Below are positions 1 to 8,680 of a stretch of DNA of 64,000 bases, piece by piece. The notes under the pieces are model-generated. The model worked only from the letters and a program-made list of their open reading frames with translations. It had not been told where the DNA came from and ran no database searches. The DNA is from an uncultured Gammaproteobacteria bacterium (GTDB lineage: Bacteria > Pseudomonadota > Gammaproteobacteria > Steroidobacterales > Rariloculaceae). Position 1 is the stretch's first letter; each line of letters begins with the position of its first letter. The stretch covers positions 1,762 to 65,761 of the forward strand of contig CAZKNH010000005.1 of assembly GCA_964553875.1 (NCBI GenBank), given 5' to 3'. The translations under genes and the position numbers were made by a program.

Positions 1-587
1 TCCTGGCGCAGGATGAAGAAGCCGCCGTTGATGAAGAAGTCGGAGTCTCTGATCGCCCCGAGCTGCGTGACGTAGCCGTCCGGCCCCATCCGGATCTGAT
101 GGAAGCTGTGCCAGGTCTGGACGGCGGCGAAGCTTGCGATTGCGTCGCTGCGCTCGAATTGCTCGTACATCTCGTCGAGCGGGATATCGGCGAGACCGTC
201 ACTGTAGTTCGCGAGGAACACGGGCTCCGACTCGAGGTAGTGCCGCACGGCCATGAGTCGCTCGCCGATATTGCTGTGCAGGCCCGTGTCGACGAAGGTA
301 ATGCGCCAGCCGTCCAGGTCGCTCGAGTGCAGCTCGACTTTTCGACCGCCCTCGCTCAACGTGAAGTCGTTCGACATCGCCTCGTTGTAGTTCAAAAAGT
401 ACTCGCGGATTGCATCGCCGCGATAGCCGAGGCAGAGGATGAAATCGGTGTGTCCGAAGTGAGCGTAATACCGCATCAGGTGCCACAGGATCGGTCTGTA
501 TCCGATGTTGACCAGTGGCTTCGGTATCGTCTCGGAATGCTCGCGGAGGCGCGTGCCGAGCCCGCCGCAGAATAGTACTACTTTCAT
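1..587 (-). CDS. rfbF: glucose-1-phosphate cytidylyltransferase (N-terminal ~195 aa; 3' end lies beyond left window edge)
   Basis: Minus-strand ORF open to the window edge, so absent from the ORF track. ATG = complement of 585-587. My translation is MKVVLFCGGLGTRLREHSETIPKPLVNIGYRPILWHLMRYYAHFGHTDFILCLGYRG..., with the GGxGTRL nucleotidyltransferase loop and an RfbF/DdhA-like pattern. Confidence 0.85.
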   Translation of the reverse strand, partial: MKVVLFCGGLGTRLREHSETIPKPLVNIGYRPILWHLMRYYAHFGHTDFILCLGYRGDAIREYFLNYNEAMSNDFTLSEGGRKVELHSSDLDGWRITFVDTGLHSNIGERLMAVRHYLESEPVFLANYSDGLADIPLDEMYEQFERSDAIASFAAVQTWHSFHQIRMGPDGYVTQLGAIRDSDFFINGGFFILRQ

Positions 588-653
588 TGCTTGTTATGTC
601 CCCGGAGGCCTCTTCCTTCGAGGTCAGCGCGGCGATTATGTCGGATCGCGTCG

Positions 654-1232
654 TCAGTATTCAGCGAATCCGTCCACAGTTCTCGGATCGAAATCCGGAT
701 AGTGCGCGTCTCGTTCGAGTATCTCTGTCGGCTTTTCAGGCCAGGCGATCCCGAAGGCTGGATCGTCCCATCTCACGCCGCGCGCCAATGACGGGTCGTA
801 GAAGTCCGTCATCATATATAGGACCGCGCAGTTGTCTGTCAACGTCAAGAAACCGTGGGCGCAGCCGGCAGGTATGTACAGCGCTCGCGGCTGATCCTCG
901 GCAAGCTCGACGCCGACGTGGCGAAGGTATGTCGGGGACTTCGGCCGTAGATCGAGGGCGACGTCGAAGATACGCCCCCTGACGCAGGTGACGACCTTGT
1001 CTTCCCTCGACGGCGGGAGCTGAAAGTGCATGCCGCGAAGCGTCCCGCGGCGAGTCGTCACCGACAGGCTCGTCTGAACGATGTCGCCGCGAACGTGAGC
1101 GGCTTCGGCCTCTTGCCGACACCAAAGGCGCCGAAAAGAGCCGCGCGGGTCGGAGTGCGCCAAAGTCTCCACGACGAAGACGCCCTCGACGGCCGTTCGA
1201 TCGAAATGCAACCGTCTCCCCGAATCGCCCAC
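654..1232 (-). CDS. NDP-4-dehydro-6-deoxyhexose 3,5-epimerase (RmlC cupin family)
   Basis: 192-aa ORF. EGVFVVETLAHSDPRGSFRRLW, LRGMHFQ and YIPAGCAHGF match RmlC-type epimerase blocks. Lies immediately upstream of rfbF on the same strand. Confidence 0.8.
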   Translation of the reverse strand: MGDSGRRLHFDRTAVEGVFVVETLAHSDPRGSFRRLWCRQEAEAAHVRGDIVQTSLSVTTRRGTLRGMHFQLPPSREDKVVTCVRGRIFDVALDLRPKSPTYLRHVGVELAEDQPRALYIPAGCAHGFLTLTDNCAVLYMMTDFYDPSLARGVRWDDPAFGIAWPEKPTEILERDAHYPDFDPRTVDGFAEY

Positions 1233-1473
1233 GATTGTTCTTCACCTGGAAGACCGAAGGGAGTGATTCTACAATAGCTCCGGCTCTTGCCGGTCACGGG
1301 ACATGCCCAATCGAATGGCGTTGCATGGGCGGCCGTTCCGAGGCCGCTTCAATTGTGAACGCGGTCATTGGTGACGTGCAGACGCTACTTCAGAATGCCG
1401 GGCTAAACGGCTTCGCCTGACGGCGCTGCCCGGCCACGCCTTATCCGAATAAAAGGAAAGCGATCTGACTGCC

Positions 1474-2751
1474 ATGCCATCCGAGCACCCTGGGATCTCT
1501 AGCCGCTTGCCGGGCACGCCCCCGAAGTGTCGCTTTTGCAGCGCCCCGCTGAGCGAGCGATTCGTGGATCTCGGCATGTCGCCGCTCTGCCAAACGCAGA
1601 TCGCACCCGAGCAGCTGAACCAGATGGAGCGCTTCTACCCGTTGCTCGTCTGGGTTTGCACCGAATGCTTCCTCGTGCAGCTCGAGGAATACGTCAGCCC
1701 GGACGTCGTGTTCGGGTCGGATTACCCTTACTTTTCGTCGTACTCCGACAGCTGGGTCGCTCACGCGAAGCGCTACGTGGAGCACATGCAGAGCGACTTC
1801 GGGATCGGAGCCGGCTCCTTCGTCGTCGAGATCGCGAGCAACGACGGTTATCTTCTCCAGCACTTCATCGATCGGGGCGTTCGCTGCCTCGGCGTGGAGC
1901 CCGCGGCGAGCGTCGCGAATGCGGCGTTGGAGAAGGGAATCCCGACGACCTGCCGCTTCTTCGGCACAGAGACGGCGCGAGACCTCAGGGCGAGCGAAGG
2001 CGCAGCCGATCTCATTCTCGGCAACAACGTGCTTGCCCACGTGCCGAACCTGAACGACTTCGTAGCGGGCGTGAAGGTGCTGCTCGCGGACGATGGAGTG
2101 GTCACGTTCGAGTTCCCGCATCTGATGAAGCTCATCGAGCTCAATCAGTTCGACACCATCTACCACGAGCACTTCTCGTATTTTTCGTTCACGACCGTGC
2201 GCCAGGTCTTCGCCGCGCACGGCCTCAGGATCTTCGACGTGCGCGAGCTGCCGACGCATGGCGGCTCGCTGCGCATCTATGCCTGCCACGACCAATCGGC
2301 CCGTTACGAGAACCACTCGCGCGTCGACGAGCTCGAGCAGCGCGAGATCGCGGCGGGCTACCGGCGTCTCGAGGCCTACAGGGGCTTCGCGGAGAAAGTC
2401 GAGCGGACGAAGCGCAAGCTGCTCGAGTTCCTGATCACGGCCAAGAACGAGGGGAAGAAGATCGTCGGCTACGGCGCTCCGGGCAAAGGCAACACGCTGC
2501 TCAATTACTGCGGAATTCGCACGGACTTCCTCGACTACACCGTCGATCGCAATCCTCACAAGCAAGGGACCTACACGCCGGGAACGCGAATCCCGATCCT
2601 CGATCCGTCGGTGATCTTCGAGACCAAGCCGGATTACGTGCTGATCCTGCCCTGGAATCTGGCGGCGGAGATCACGCAGAAGATGGCGGGGATTCGCGAA
2701 TGGGGCGGCCGATTCGTGGTGCCGATCCCGGAAGTCCGCTTCGTCGACTGA
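1474..2751 (+). CDS. NDP-hexose C-methyltransferase (SAM-dependent, N-terminal Cys-rich zinc ribbon)
   Basis: 425-aa ORF. Has CRFCSAPL...VCTECFLVQL (4-Cys ribbon), a VVEIASNDG SAM-binding glycine-type motif, and a C-terminal GYGAPGKGNTLLNYCG ... DRNPHKQG block typical of TylCIII-like sugar C-methyltransferases. The exact start is uncertain. Confidence 0.75.
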   Translation: MPSEHPGISSRLPGTPPKCRFCSAPLSERFVDLGMSPLCQTQIAPEQLNQMERFYPLLVWVCTECFLVQLEEYVSPDVVFGSDYPYFSSYSDSWVAHAKRYVEHMQSDFGIGAGSFVVEIASNDGYLLQHFIDRGVRCLGVEPAASVANAALEKGIPTTCRFFGTETARDLRASEGAADLILGNNVLAHVPNLNDFVAGVKVLLADDGVVTFEFPHLMKLIELNQFDTIYHEHFSYFSFTTVRQVFAAHGLRIFDVRELPTHGGSLRIYACHDQSARYENHSRVDELEQREIAAGYRRLEAYRGFAEKVERTKRKLLEFLITAKNEGKKIVGYGAPGKGNTLLNYCGIRTDFLDYTVDRNPHKQGTYTPGTRIPILDPSVIFETKPDYVLILPWNLAAEITQKMAGIREWGGRFVVPIPEVRFVD

Positions 2752-2767
2752 AAATCGAGGTTTCAAC

Positions 2768-3838
2768 GTGAGAATTTTGTTGACGGGGATCGAGGGCTAC
2801 ATCGGCTGCCTCCTCGGACCGATGCTCGCCGCCCGCGGGCACGACGTGATCGGGCTCGACACCGGGTACTACCGCGACGGCTGGTTGTACAGCGACGGAG
2901 AGTCGACCGTCCCGTTTCCACCGATCCTGCAAAAGGACCTGCGGCACGTGACCGCCGCCGACCTCGACGGCATCGAGGCCGTGGTGCACCTGGCGGAGCT
3001 CTCGAACGATCCGCTCGGAGAGAACAAGCCGCAGATCACTTTCGACATCAACCATCGTGGCTCGGTGCGGCTCGCGACGCTCGCCAAGGAGGCCGGTGTC
3101 CGGCGCTTCGTCTACACGTCGTCCTGCAGCGTGTACGGCGTCGGCGACGGCGGCATTCTCGACGAGACGTCGAAGGTGAACCCGCAGACGGCCTACGCGG
3201 AGTGCAAGGTGCTCGTCGAGCGCGACGTCGGCAAGCTCGCCGACGAGGGCTTCTGCCCGACCTTTCTGCGCAACGCGACGGCCTACGGCGCCTCGCCGCG
3301 GATGCGGTTCGACATCGTGCTGAACAACCTCTCCGGGCTCGCGTGGACCACGAAGCGCATCGCGATGACCAGCGACGGCACGCCCTGGCGCCCGCTCGTC
3401 CACGTGACGGACATCTGCCGGGCGATCATCGCCGTGCTCGAGGCGCCGGAGGACGACGTCCGCGGTGAGATCTTCAACGTCGGCAGGAACGAAGAGAACT
3501 ACCGCGTGAAGGAAATCGCGGAGATCGTCGCGAGCTGCTTCCCCGGGTGCGAGATCACGTTCGGTGAGAGCGGCGGGGACAATCGTAGCTATCGCGTATC
3601 GTTCGACAAGATTCACGACCGTCTGCCCAGCTTCCGCTGCGAGTGGAGCGCCTTGGACGGCGCTCGCCAGCTACGGGAAGTGTTCGAGACGGTCGAGCTC
3701 GGCCCTGAAACCTTCTCGTTCAGGGCGTTCACGCGGTTGAAGCAGCTGCACTATCTGCAGCGGACAAAACAGATCGACGAGCAATTCTACTGGCTACCCG
3801 GCCGCTCTCTGTCGCACAAGGTCGCCGCTCACCGATGA
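2768..3838 (+). CDS. NAD-dependent sugar epimerase/dehydratase (extended SDR)
   Basis: GTG start preceded by GAGG. Has MRILLTGIEGYIG (Rossmann) and YAECK (YxxxK catalytic pair). Follows the methyltransferase stop by 16 nt. Confidence 0.8.
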   Translation: MRILLTGIEGYIGCLLGPMLAARGHDVIGLDTGYYRDGWLYSDGESTVPFPPILQKDLRHVTAADLDGIEAVVHLAELSNDPLGENKPQITFDINHRGSVRLATLAKEAGVRRFVYTSSCSVYGVGDGGILDETSKVNPQTAYAECKVLVERDVGKLADEGFCPTFLRNATAYGASPRMRFDIVLNNLSGLAWTTKRIAMTSDGTPWRPLVHVTDICRAIIAVLEAPEDDVRGEIFNVGRNEENYRVKEIAEIVASCFPGCEITFGESGGDNRSYRVSFDKIHDRLPSFRCEWSALDGARQLREVFETVELGPETFSFRAFTRLKQLHYLQRTKQIDEQFYWLPGRSLSHKVAAHR

Positions 3839-5163
3839 CGGCCACCCTTGCCGGACGCATACCTCCGGACATAGGAGACCAGCTGCTCGGCCTCGTCAGG
3901 ACGCTGCTGCCGTTCAACCGCAGCATCACGGGCCAAGGCGTCCGCGACACGCTGGCCGCGATCGGTGACGTCGCACCGCTCGAAGTGCATGCCATCCCGA
4001 CCGGAACGCAGGTCTTCGACTGGACGATTCCGAAGGAATGGAACCTCAAGGAAGCCTACATCGAGGACTCGCGCGGCAACCGCATCGTCGACTCGCGGAA
4101 CAGTAATCTGCACGTCGTCGGCTACAGCGTGCCGATCGACGCGCGGATGCCGCTTGCCGAGCTCAAGCGTCACCTGCACACCCTGCCCGACCAGCCGGAC
4201 TGGATCCCGTACAGGACCTCGTACTACAAGGAGACCTGGGGCTTCTGCCTGAGCCACCGCCAGCTCGAAGGCCTTACCGACGGCGAGTACCACGTCAGGA
4301 TCGATGCGTCGCTCGAGCCCGGAGTGCTCAATTACGGCGAGGCGGTCATCCCCGGCCGATCGACCGACGAGTTTCTGCTCTCTGCTCATGTCTGTCATCC
4401 CACGCTCTGCAACGACAACCTGTCCGGCATCGCGATCGCGGCGTGGATTGCCCGGCTGCTCGCGCAGCAGCGGCGGCGGTACACGTATAGAGTCCTATTC
4501 ATTCCCGGCACGATCGGCGCCATCGCCTGGCTCGCCACGCACCGCGAGACCCTCGGCCGCGTGAAGCACGGCCTGGTGCTCGCGCTCCTCGGCCGGTCTG
4601 CTCCGCTGACCTACAAGAAGACTCGAAACGGCACCGCCGAGATCGATGCCGTCGCGGCACACGTGCTGCGCAGGCGGGGCGGGTCTCACGAAATTCTCGA
4701 ATTTTCGCCGTGGGGCTACGACGAGCGGCAGTTCAATTCGCCGGGGATCGCGCTCGACGTCGGCCGGCTGTCGCGAGGCTCCGAGGGCGGCTACCCGGAG
4801 TATCACACGTCCGCCGACAACTTCGATCTCTTGAACGCTGCCGCGCTCGGCGAGTCGTTCGCCGCGCTGTGCGAGATCATCGATGTCGTGGAGCGGAACG
4901 GCCGTTATCGCAACCTGCGGGGCTACGGCGAGCCCCAGCTCGGCAAGTACGGCCTGTACGAGAACCTGGGCGGCGCAAGCTCCGTCACGGCGGCAAGGCT
5001 TGCGCTCTTGTGGGTACTGAACCAGTCGGACGGGTCGCACAGCCTGCTCGACATCGCCGAGCGATCCGGCCTCTTGTTCGACGACATCGTTTTTGCCGCC
5101 GAAAGGCTTCACGCCGCCGGGCTGCTCGAGCCGCTCGACAGCCACCTGCACGAGGAAGCGTGA
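3835..5163 (+). CDS. aminopeptidase-like domain protein of polysaccharide loci (DUF4910 / COG4310-type)
   Basis: 442 aa. ATGA overlap with the upstream stop (3835-3838). HVCHPTLCNDNLSGIA and PEYHTSADNF resemble the M28-like metal-binding blocks of this family. Confidence 0.6.
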   Translation: MTATLAGRIPPDIGDQLLGLVRTLLPFNRSITGQGVRDTLAAIGDVAPLEVHAIPTGTQVFDWTIPKEWNLKEAYIEDSRGNRIVDSRNSNLHVVGYSVPIDARMPLAELKRHLHTLPDQPDWIPYRTSYYKETWGFCLSHRQLEGLTDGEYHVRIDASLEPGVLNYGEAVIPGRSTDEFLLSAHVCHPTLCNDNLSGIAIAAWIARLLAQQRRRYTYRVLFIPGTIGAIAWLATHRETLGRVKHGLVLALLGRSAPLTYKKTRNGTAEIDAVAAHVLRRRGGSHEILEFSPWGYDERQFNSPGIALDVGRLSRGSEGGYPEYHTSADNFDLLNAAALGESFAALCEIIDVVERNGRYRNLRGYGEPQLGKYGLYENLGGASSVTAARLALLWVLNQSDGSHSLLDIAERSGLLFDDIVFAAERLHAAGLLEPLDSHLHEEA

Positions 5164-5825
5164 TGCGCGGCCTGACCCTCGACATCACGGCCCGACCGTT
5201 CGGAACCGTGCTCGTGATCGGCGCTCACAGCGACGACATCGAGATCGGCGCCGGCGGCACCGTGCGGCAACTGATCGAATCGACTCCGGGCCTTCGCATC
5301 CACTGGGTCGTGCTCTCGGCGGCGGGCGCGCGCCGGGACGAGGCGTTGCGGAGCGCCGCGAGCATACTCGGCGACGGGCCGCAACATCGAGTCGAGACGT
5401 TCTCGTTTCGCGACGGGTTCTTCCCGTACGAAGGCACGAGCGTCAAGGAGGCGTTCGAGAAGCTCAAGTCGGGCTGCGATCCCGACGTGATCCTCACGCA
5501 CTACACCGGCGATCTTCACCAGGACCATCGACTGGTCGGGGAGCTCACGTGGAACACGTTCCGCGACCACCTGATTCTCGAGTACGAGATTCCGAAGTAC
5601 GACGGCGGCCTCGGCTCGCCGAGCGTGTACGTGCCGCTGTCGGCCGCCACGATGCGGACCAAAGTCGCAGGGCTGATGGAGCATTTCGGGTCGCAGCGCA
5701 GCAAGAGCTGGTTCACCGAGGATACCTTCTACGGCCTGGCGCGCCTGCGAGGGCTCGAATGTCGCGCGCCGGACGGCTACGCCGAAGCGTTCTACTGCCG
5801 CAAGCTCGTTTGGCGGATCGGGTGA
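5163..5825 (+). CDS. PIG-L (LmbE-like) family deacetylase
   Basis: The internal ATG at 5163 overlaps the upstream TGA (5161-5163); the track ORF 4710..5825 is an artefactual N-terminal extension. VLVIGAHSDDIEIGAGG and HQDH are PIG-L signatures. Confidence 0.8.
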   Translation: MRGLTLDITARPFGTVLVIGAHSDDIEIGAGGTVRQLIESTPGLRIHWVVLSAAGARRDEALRSAASILGDGPQHRVETFSFRDGFFPYEGTSVKEAFEKLKSGCDPDVILTHYTGDLHQDHRLVGELTWNTFRDHLILEYEIPKYDGGLGSPSVYVPLSAATMRTKVAGLMEHFGSQRSKSWFTEDTFYGLARLRGLECRAPDGYAEAFYCRKLVWRIG

Positions 5826-5854
5826 CGGACCCGTCCGAGGACGACCATCAAGCG

Positions 5855-6586
5855 CTAGCGGGAATGCCGTCTCACTAGAGTGAGAGCGAGCCGTTTTCGA
5901 GTGGCCCGAAGCGCTCGCGCCCCCCACAGATAGTTCAAACGCGCCCCCATCGCCTCGACGAAACCAACGCGGCCGGCGACGGAGAAGCCCAGCTGCTCGA
6001 GCGTACGAAGCTGTGCCTCGTTGTCGGGGCGCACGAAACCGACGTGAGTGCGAACGCCTTCCCGTGTGGCAAGGTCGTCCATGACGTGAGCCATGAGCCG
6101 CGGCACGACCGCTCTGGCGCGCTGCTCGGGAACGCAGAACCCGCGCCAATGGTACGCCTCGTCCGGTTCGAGCACATACGTGCGATTCAACACGCCATCG
6201 GCGAACGAGCCACCTACCTTGCTCCACGTGCTGCCGACCACTTTGCCATCCCTTAGCGCCACGTAGCAGAGCCAGCCCTCGGCAAGCTTCTCCAACGAGA
6301 CGGCTTTCGAGATTTGCCACGGGTCCACGGCAGTGAGCTCGTCGAGCTCCTGGTCGTCGGCAGGGGTGATTCGCCGAAACTGCAGATCGCCGAACAGACG
6401 GTCGGCCCGTTGCAATTGCTCGGCGATGCGCGGGTCGAGACGGCCGGAGGTGGATTCGCCGCCGAGCACCATCACGTAGAGGTGGAGGCGCGTCCACCGG
6501 GGCAATGCCCGGGCGCGAATGCGAGCCCACACGCCACCGAATCCCTCGTGCGCCCATACGTCGAGCGCACGCCGCAGGACTGTCAT
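5855..6586 (-). CDS. GNAT-family N-acetyltransferase
   Basis: Start taken at MTVLRRALDVW (complement of 6584-6586) within track ORF 5855..6787. C-terminal block HWRGFCVPEQRARAVVPRLMAHVMDDL...LRTLEQLGF looks like the GNAT acetyl-CoA binding core. Confidence 0.6.
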   Translation of the reverse strand: MTVLRRALDVWAHEGFGGVWARIRARALPRWTRLHLYVMVLGGESTSGRLDPRIAEQLQRADRLFGDLQFRRITPADDQELDELTAVDPWQISKAVSLEKLAEGWLCYVALRDGKVVGSTWSKVGGSFADGVLNRTYVLEPDEAYHWRGFCVPEQRARAVVPRLMAHVMDDLATREGVRTHVGFVRPDNEAQLRTLEQLGFSVAGRVGFVEAMGARLNYLWGARALRATRKRLALTLVRRHSR

Positions 6587-6742
6587 CGGGGAACTCAAGC
6601 GAACGATCCGAGCGTTCGTTTTCTCATCCGTAGATGCCGCGTCGCGCACCACAGCTGAACGGTGCGCGGTTGCGACTTCGCAAAGGAGCGGAGGGTGAAC
6701 CTTCCGAAACACGGCATTGTAGCTGAGCGACGCGGCTCGGAG

Positions 6743-6758
6743 CGTGATAATTCTCACA
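6743..6758. promoter_or_regulatory. CRP/Clp-family-like palindrome CGTGA-N6-TCACA (9/10 to TGTGA-N6-TCACA)
   Basis: Read directly: cgtgataattctcaca. Sits in the 380-nt intergenic region between divergent genes, the GNAT (start 6586) and the secreted repeat protein (ATG 6967). Overlaps a GATAAT -10-like hexamer. Confidence 0.3.
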
Positions 6759-6966
6759 GCCGACGATGCAGGACGGCCCGCACGCACATCGCCTCCTGAG
6801 CCATTTCCCGCAGGCGCGGATCAATGCGACGCGCCGGACGTCCGCGGTGTCGAAAACTTTGACAATGCGGGGACAGAAGCCGCGCAAGTCATTGAAACAA
6901 AAAGGGACTCCAGCTGGCCCGAGAATTGCTTTATTCCGGCATCGGCATCGTGAGGAACACGCTGAC

Positions 6967-8595
6967 ATGGGAAGTTCGCACGCTAAGCAGCACATACTGC
7001 TTCCGACGGTCGCCGCCGGGTTGCTGTTGTTCTTTGCATCTGCCGGCCACGCGCAAACGTCGGGGGCAGGCGCCTCGCAGCTCGTGACGTTGACTTGCAC
7101 CGGCAGCCCCTGCCCCTTCGGCCAGACGGCGGGTGCCGAGGCCATCGTATGGCCCTCGCATGTCGAGCCTCTCGCAACTCGCCTCGGTTATACGGCATCG
7201 GCAGGTCTCTTCCTGCCAGCGAACATCGCGAATGGGGCGGTGTTGACGATCACGAGCGGCGTCGCCAGCGTGTTCGCCGGCCTGCCGAGCTCCGCCTCGC
7301 ACAGGACATTAGCGTCGCTGTCGGCCGGTGACACTTTTGTCGTCTCGGGCCTCGCGCCCGGCGAAGTGCTGAGCGTCCAAAGCCTCATCGTCTTCACATA
7401 TGAATTCGAGCTCCCGGCCCCGGAGGTTCCGGAAGCCCCGATTCCCGCGGCGCAGTCCCAGTGGGTCACTGCGACTTGCACCGGCAACCCGTGCCCGTGG
7501 GGGCCGTCGCTCAGCGGATATGCAATCGCCTGGCCTGACAATGGGCAGCCGACCAACACGCGCCTGGGCTACACCTTCTCTCACGGGGTATACCTGCCGG
7601 CTGACAGGGCGAACGGCGCCACGGTGTGGGTCGAGAGTGGGACCGTCACGCTGTTCGCGGCCTTGCCGAACGCCACGACCCATCGCACCGTGGCGACGAT
7701 CCCGGCAGGAGGCTCCTTCGAGGTCTCGGGCCTTGCCCCCGGCGAAGTCTTGAGCGCACAGAGCCTTGCCCCGTTCACGTACGGCGTCGCCTTGCCGCCC
7801 CCGCCGCCTCCGCCGCCGGCCGGCTCAGGTGCGTCGGAGTACGTCACCCTGACCTGCGCGCTCAGCCCGTGCCCGTGGGGTCCGTCGGTCGCAGGACACC
7901 TCATCGTCTGGCCGAAGGAGGCTCAGCCGCTCAGCCGTCAACACAACTACATCGCATCGAAGAGCGTCTACCTGCCCGCGAGCGTAGCGAACGGCGCGAC
8001 TATCACCATCGACTCCGGCACAGCCACCCTGTACGCGGGCTATCCGAGCTCCTTGTCGCACCGGTCCCTTGCGACCTTGACCGCAGGACATTCTTACGTG
8101 GTTTCCGGCCTGGCGGACGGGGAAGTGCTGAGCGTGCTCAGCCCTTCGGCTTTCGTCTACCGGACCGAGCTGTCGTTGCCACCAGAGCCCGAGACCGGCG
8201 AGCTCATGACGGCAGTGCCTGCTCGATGGGTCTGCGACACGCCAGGCTGCAACAGCCCGGATTGGGTCGGGGCCGCCTTCACGTGGCCGTCGTGGGCCGC
8301 ATACCCGAACAACGGCCGCTCCGGCGACCAGTCGAGGACCGTCTACTCTCCGTCCGGCGGGCTGCTCTATCCCTACATGGGGTCGTGGGCGGACGGCTGC
8401 GAGATCACCGGTGAATCGGGCGCGATCCTGATCATCGAGTGGCAGCGCGGCACGGATGCGTGGCGCCAGACGCTGCTCGGTCCCGGTGACACGCACGTGA
8501 TCAGCCTGTCGTGGCCCGAAGACGGCGCGTTGATCGAGGCTTGGCCGGGCTCCAGCATCTCGGTCAAGAACTGCGAACCTCAGCCTCTTCCGTAA
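6967..8595 (+). CDS. secreted protein with three tandem ~113-aa Cys-motif repeats plus a related C-terminal domain; function unknown
   Basis: ATG at 6967 preceded by GAGGA. Signal-like N-terminus MGSSHAKQHILLPTVAAGLLLFFASAGHAQ. The repeats share TLTC-G-PCPWGP, VWP, LPA--ANGA, SHR-LA-L-AG, VSGLA-GEVLS and F-Y blocks. Confidence 0.7.
   Translation: MGSSHAKQHILLPTVAAGLLLFFASAGHAQTSGAGASQLVTLTCTGSPCPFGQTAGAEAIVWPSHVEPLATRLGYTASAGLFLPANIANGAVLTITSGVASVFAGLPSSASHRTLASLSAGDTFVVSGLAPGEVLSVQSLIVFTYEFELPAPEVPEAPIPAAQSQWVTATCTGNPCPWGPSLSGYAIAWPDNGQPTNTRLGYTFSHGVYLPADRANGATVWVESGTVTLFAALPNATTHRTVATIPAGGSFEVSGLAPGEVLSAQSLAPFTYGVALPPPPPPPPAGSGASEYVTLTCALSPCPWGPSVAGHLIVWPKEAQPLSRQHNYIASKSVYLPASVANGATITIDSGTATLYAGYPSSLSHRSLATLTAGHSYVVSGLADGEVLSVLSPSAFVYRTELSLPPEPETGELMTAVPARWVCDTPGCNSPDWVGAAFTWPSWAAYPNNGRSGDQSRTVYSPSGGLLYPYMGSWADGCEITGESGAILIIEWQRGTDAWRQTLLGPGDTHVISLSWPEDGALIEAWPGSSISVKNCEPQPLP
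7075..8172 (+). repeat. three in-frame coding repeats (7075-7413, 7456-7794, 7834-8172) separated by Pro-rich linkers
   Basis: Protein residues 37-149, 164-276 and 290-402 align by eye with conserved Cys pairs. The linker at 7795-7818 encodes PPPPPPPP. Confidence 0.7.
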
Positions 8596-8608
8596 ACCTC
8601 AAGCCTCG

Positions 8609-8633
8609 GCCGGCCCGCATTTCGCGGGCCGGC
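8609..8633. terminator. GC-rich hairpin between convergent genes (candidate bidirectional terminator)
   Basis: gccggcccgc-atttc-gcgggccggc: perfect 10-bp stem with a 5-nt loop, 14 nt after the stop at 8595 and 48 nt before the convergent stop at 8681. Confidence 0.5.
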
Positions 8634-8680
8634 TCTCAAGGCGGCCCTTCATCGATCGCTCGGATTGGTTCAGCAGCCGC

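Noticed and set aside
1354-1369. Weaker CRP-like sites: TGTGA-acgcgg-TCATT (1354-1369, 8/10), TGTGA-tacgca-TCCCT (20156-20171, 7/10), and TGTGAGTCACG (about 45184-45194)
   Set aside because: They fall below the 9/10 level at which chance matches become likely in this composition. I list them only as possible low-affinity sites.
1441-2766. 441-aa minus-strand ORF antisense to the C-methyltransferase gene
   Set aside because: It is an Arg/Ala/Glu/Leu-rich shadow ORF of the kind high-GC DNA produces opposite real genes. It has no recognisable motifs, whereas the plus-strand product has clear family signatures.
5109-6557. 482-aa minus-strand ORF spanning the PIG-L and GNAT genes
   Set aside because: Its composition is extremely Arg/Gly/Ala/Pro-rich. 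It overlaps two well-supported genes on both strands, so it is a high-GC artefact.
7795-7818. ccgcccccgccgcctccgccgccg simple-sequence tract
   Set aside because: It is in frame and encodes the PPPPPPPP linker between protein repeats 2 and 3, so it is a coding linker rather than a regulatory or slippage element. Slippage would need a homogeneous repeat unit.
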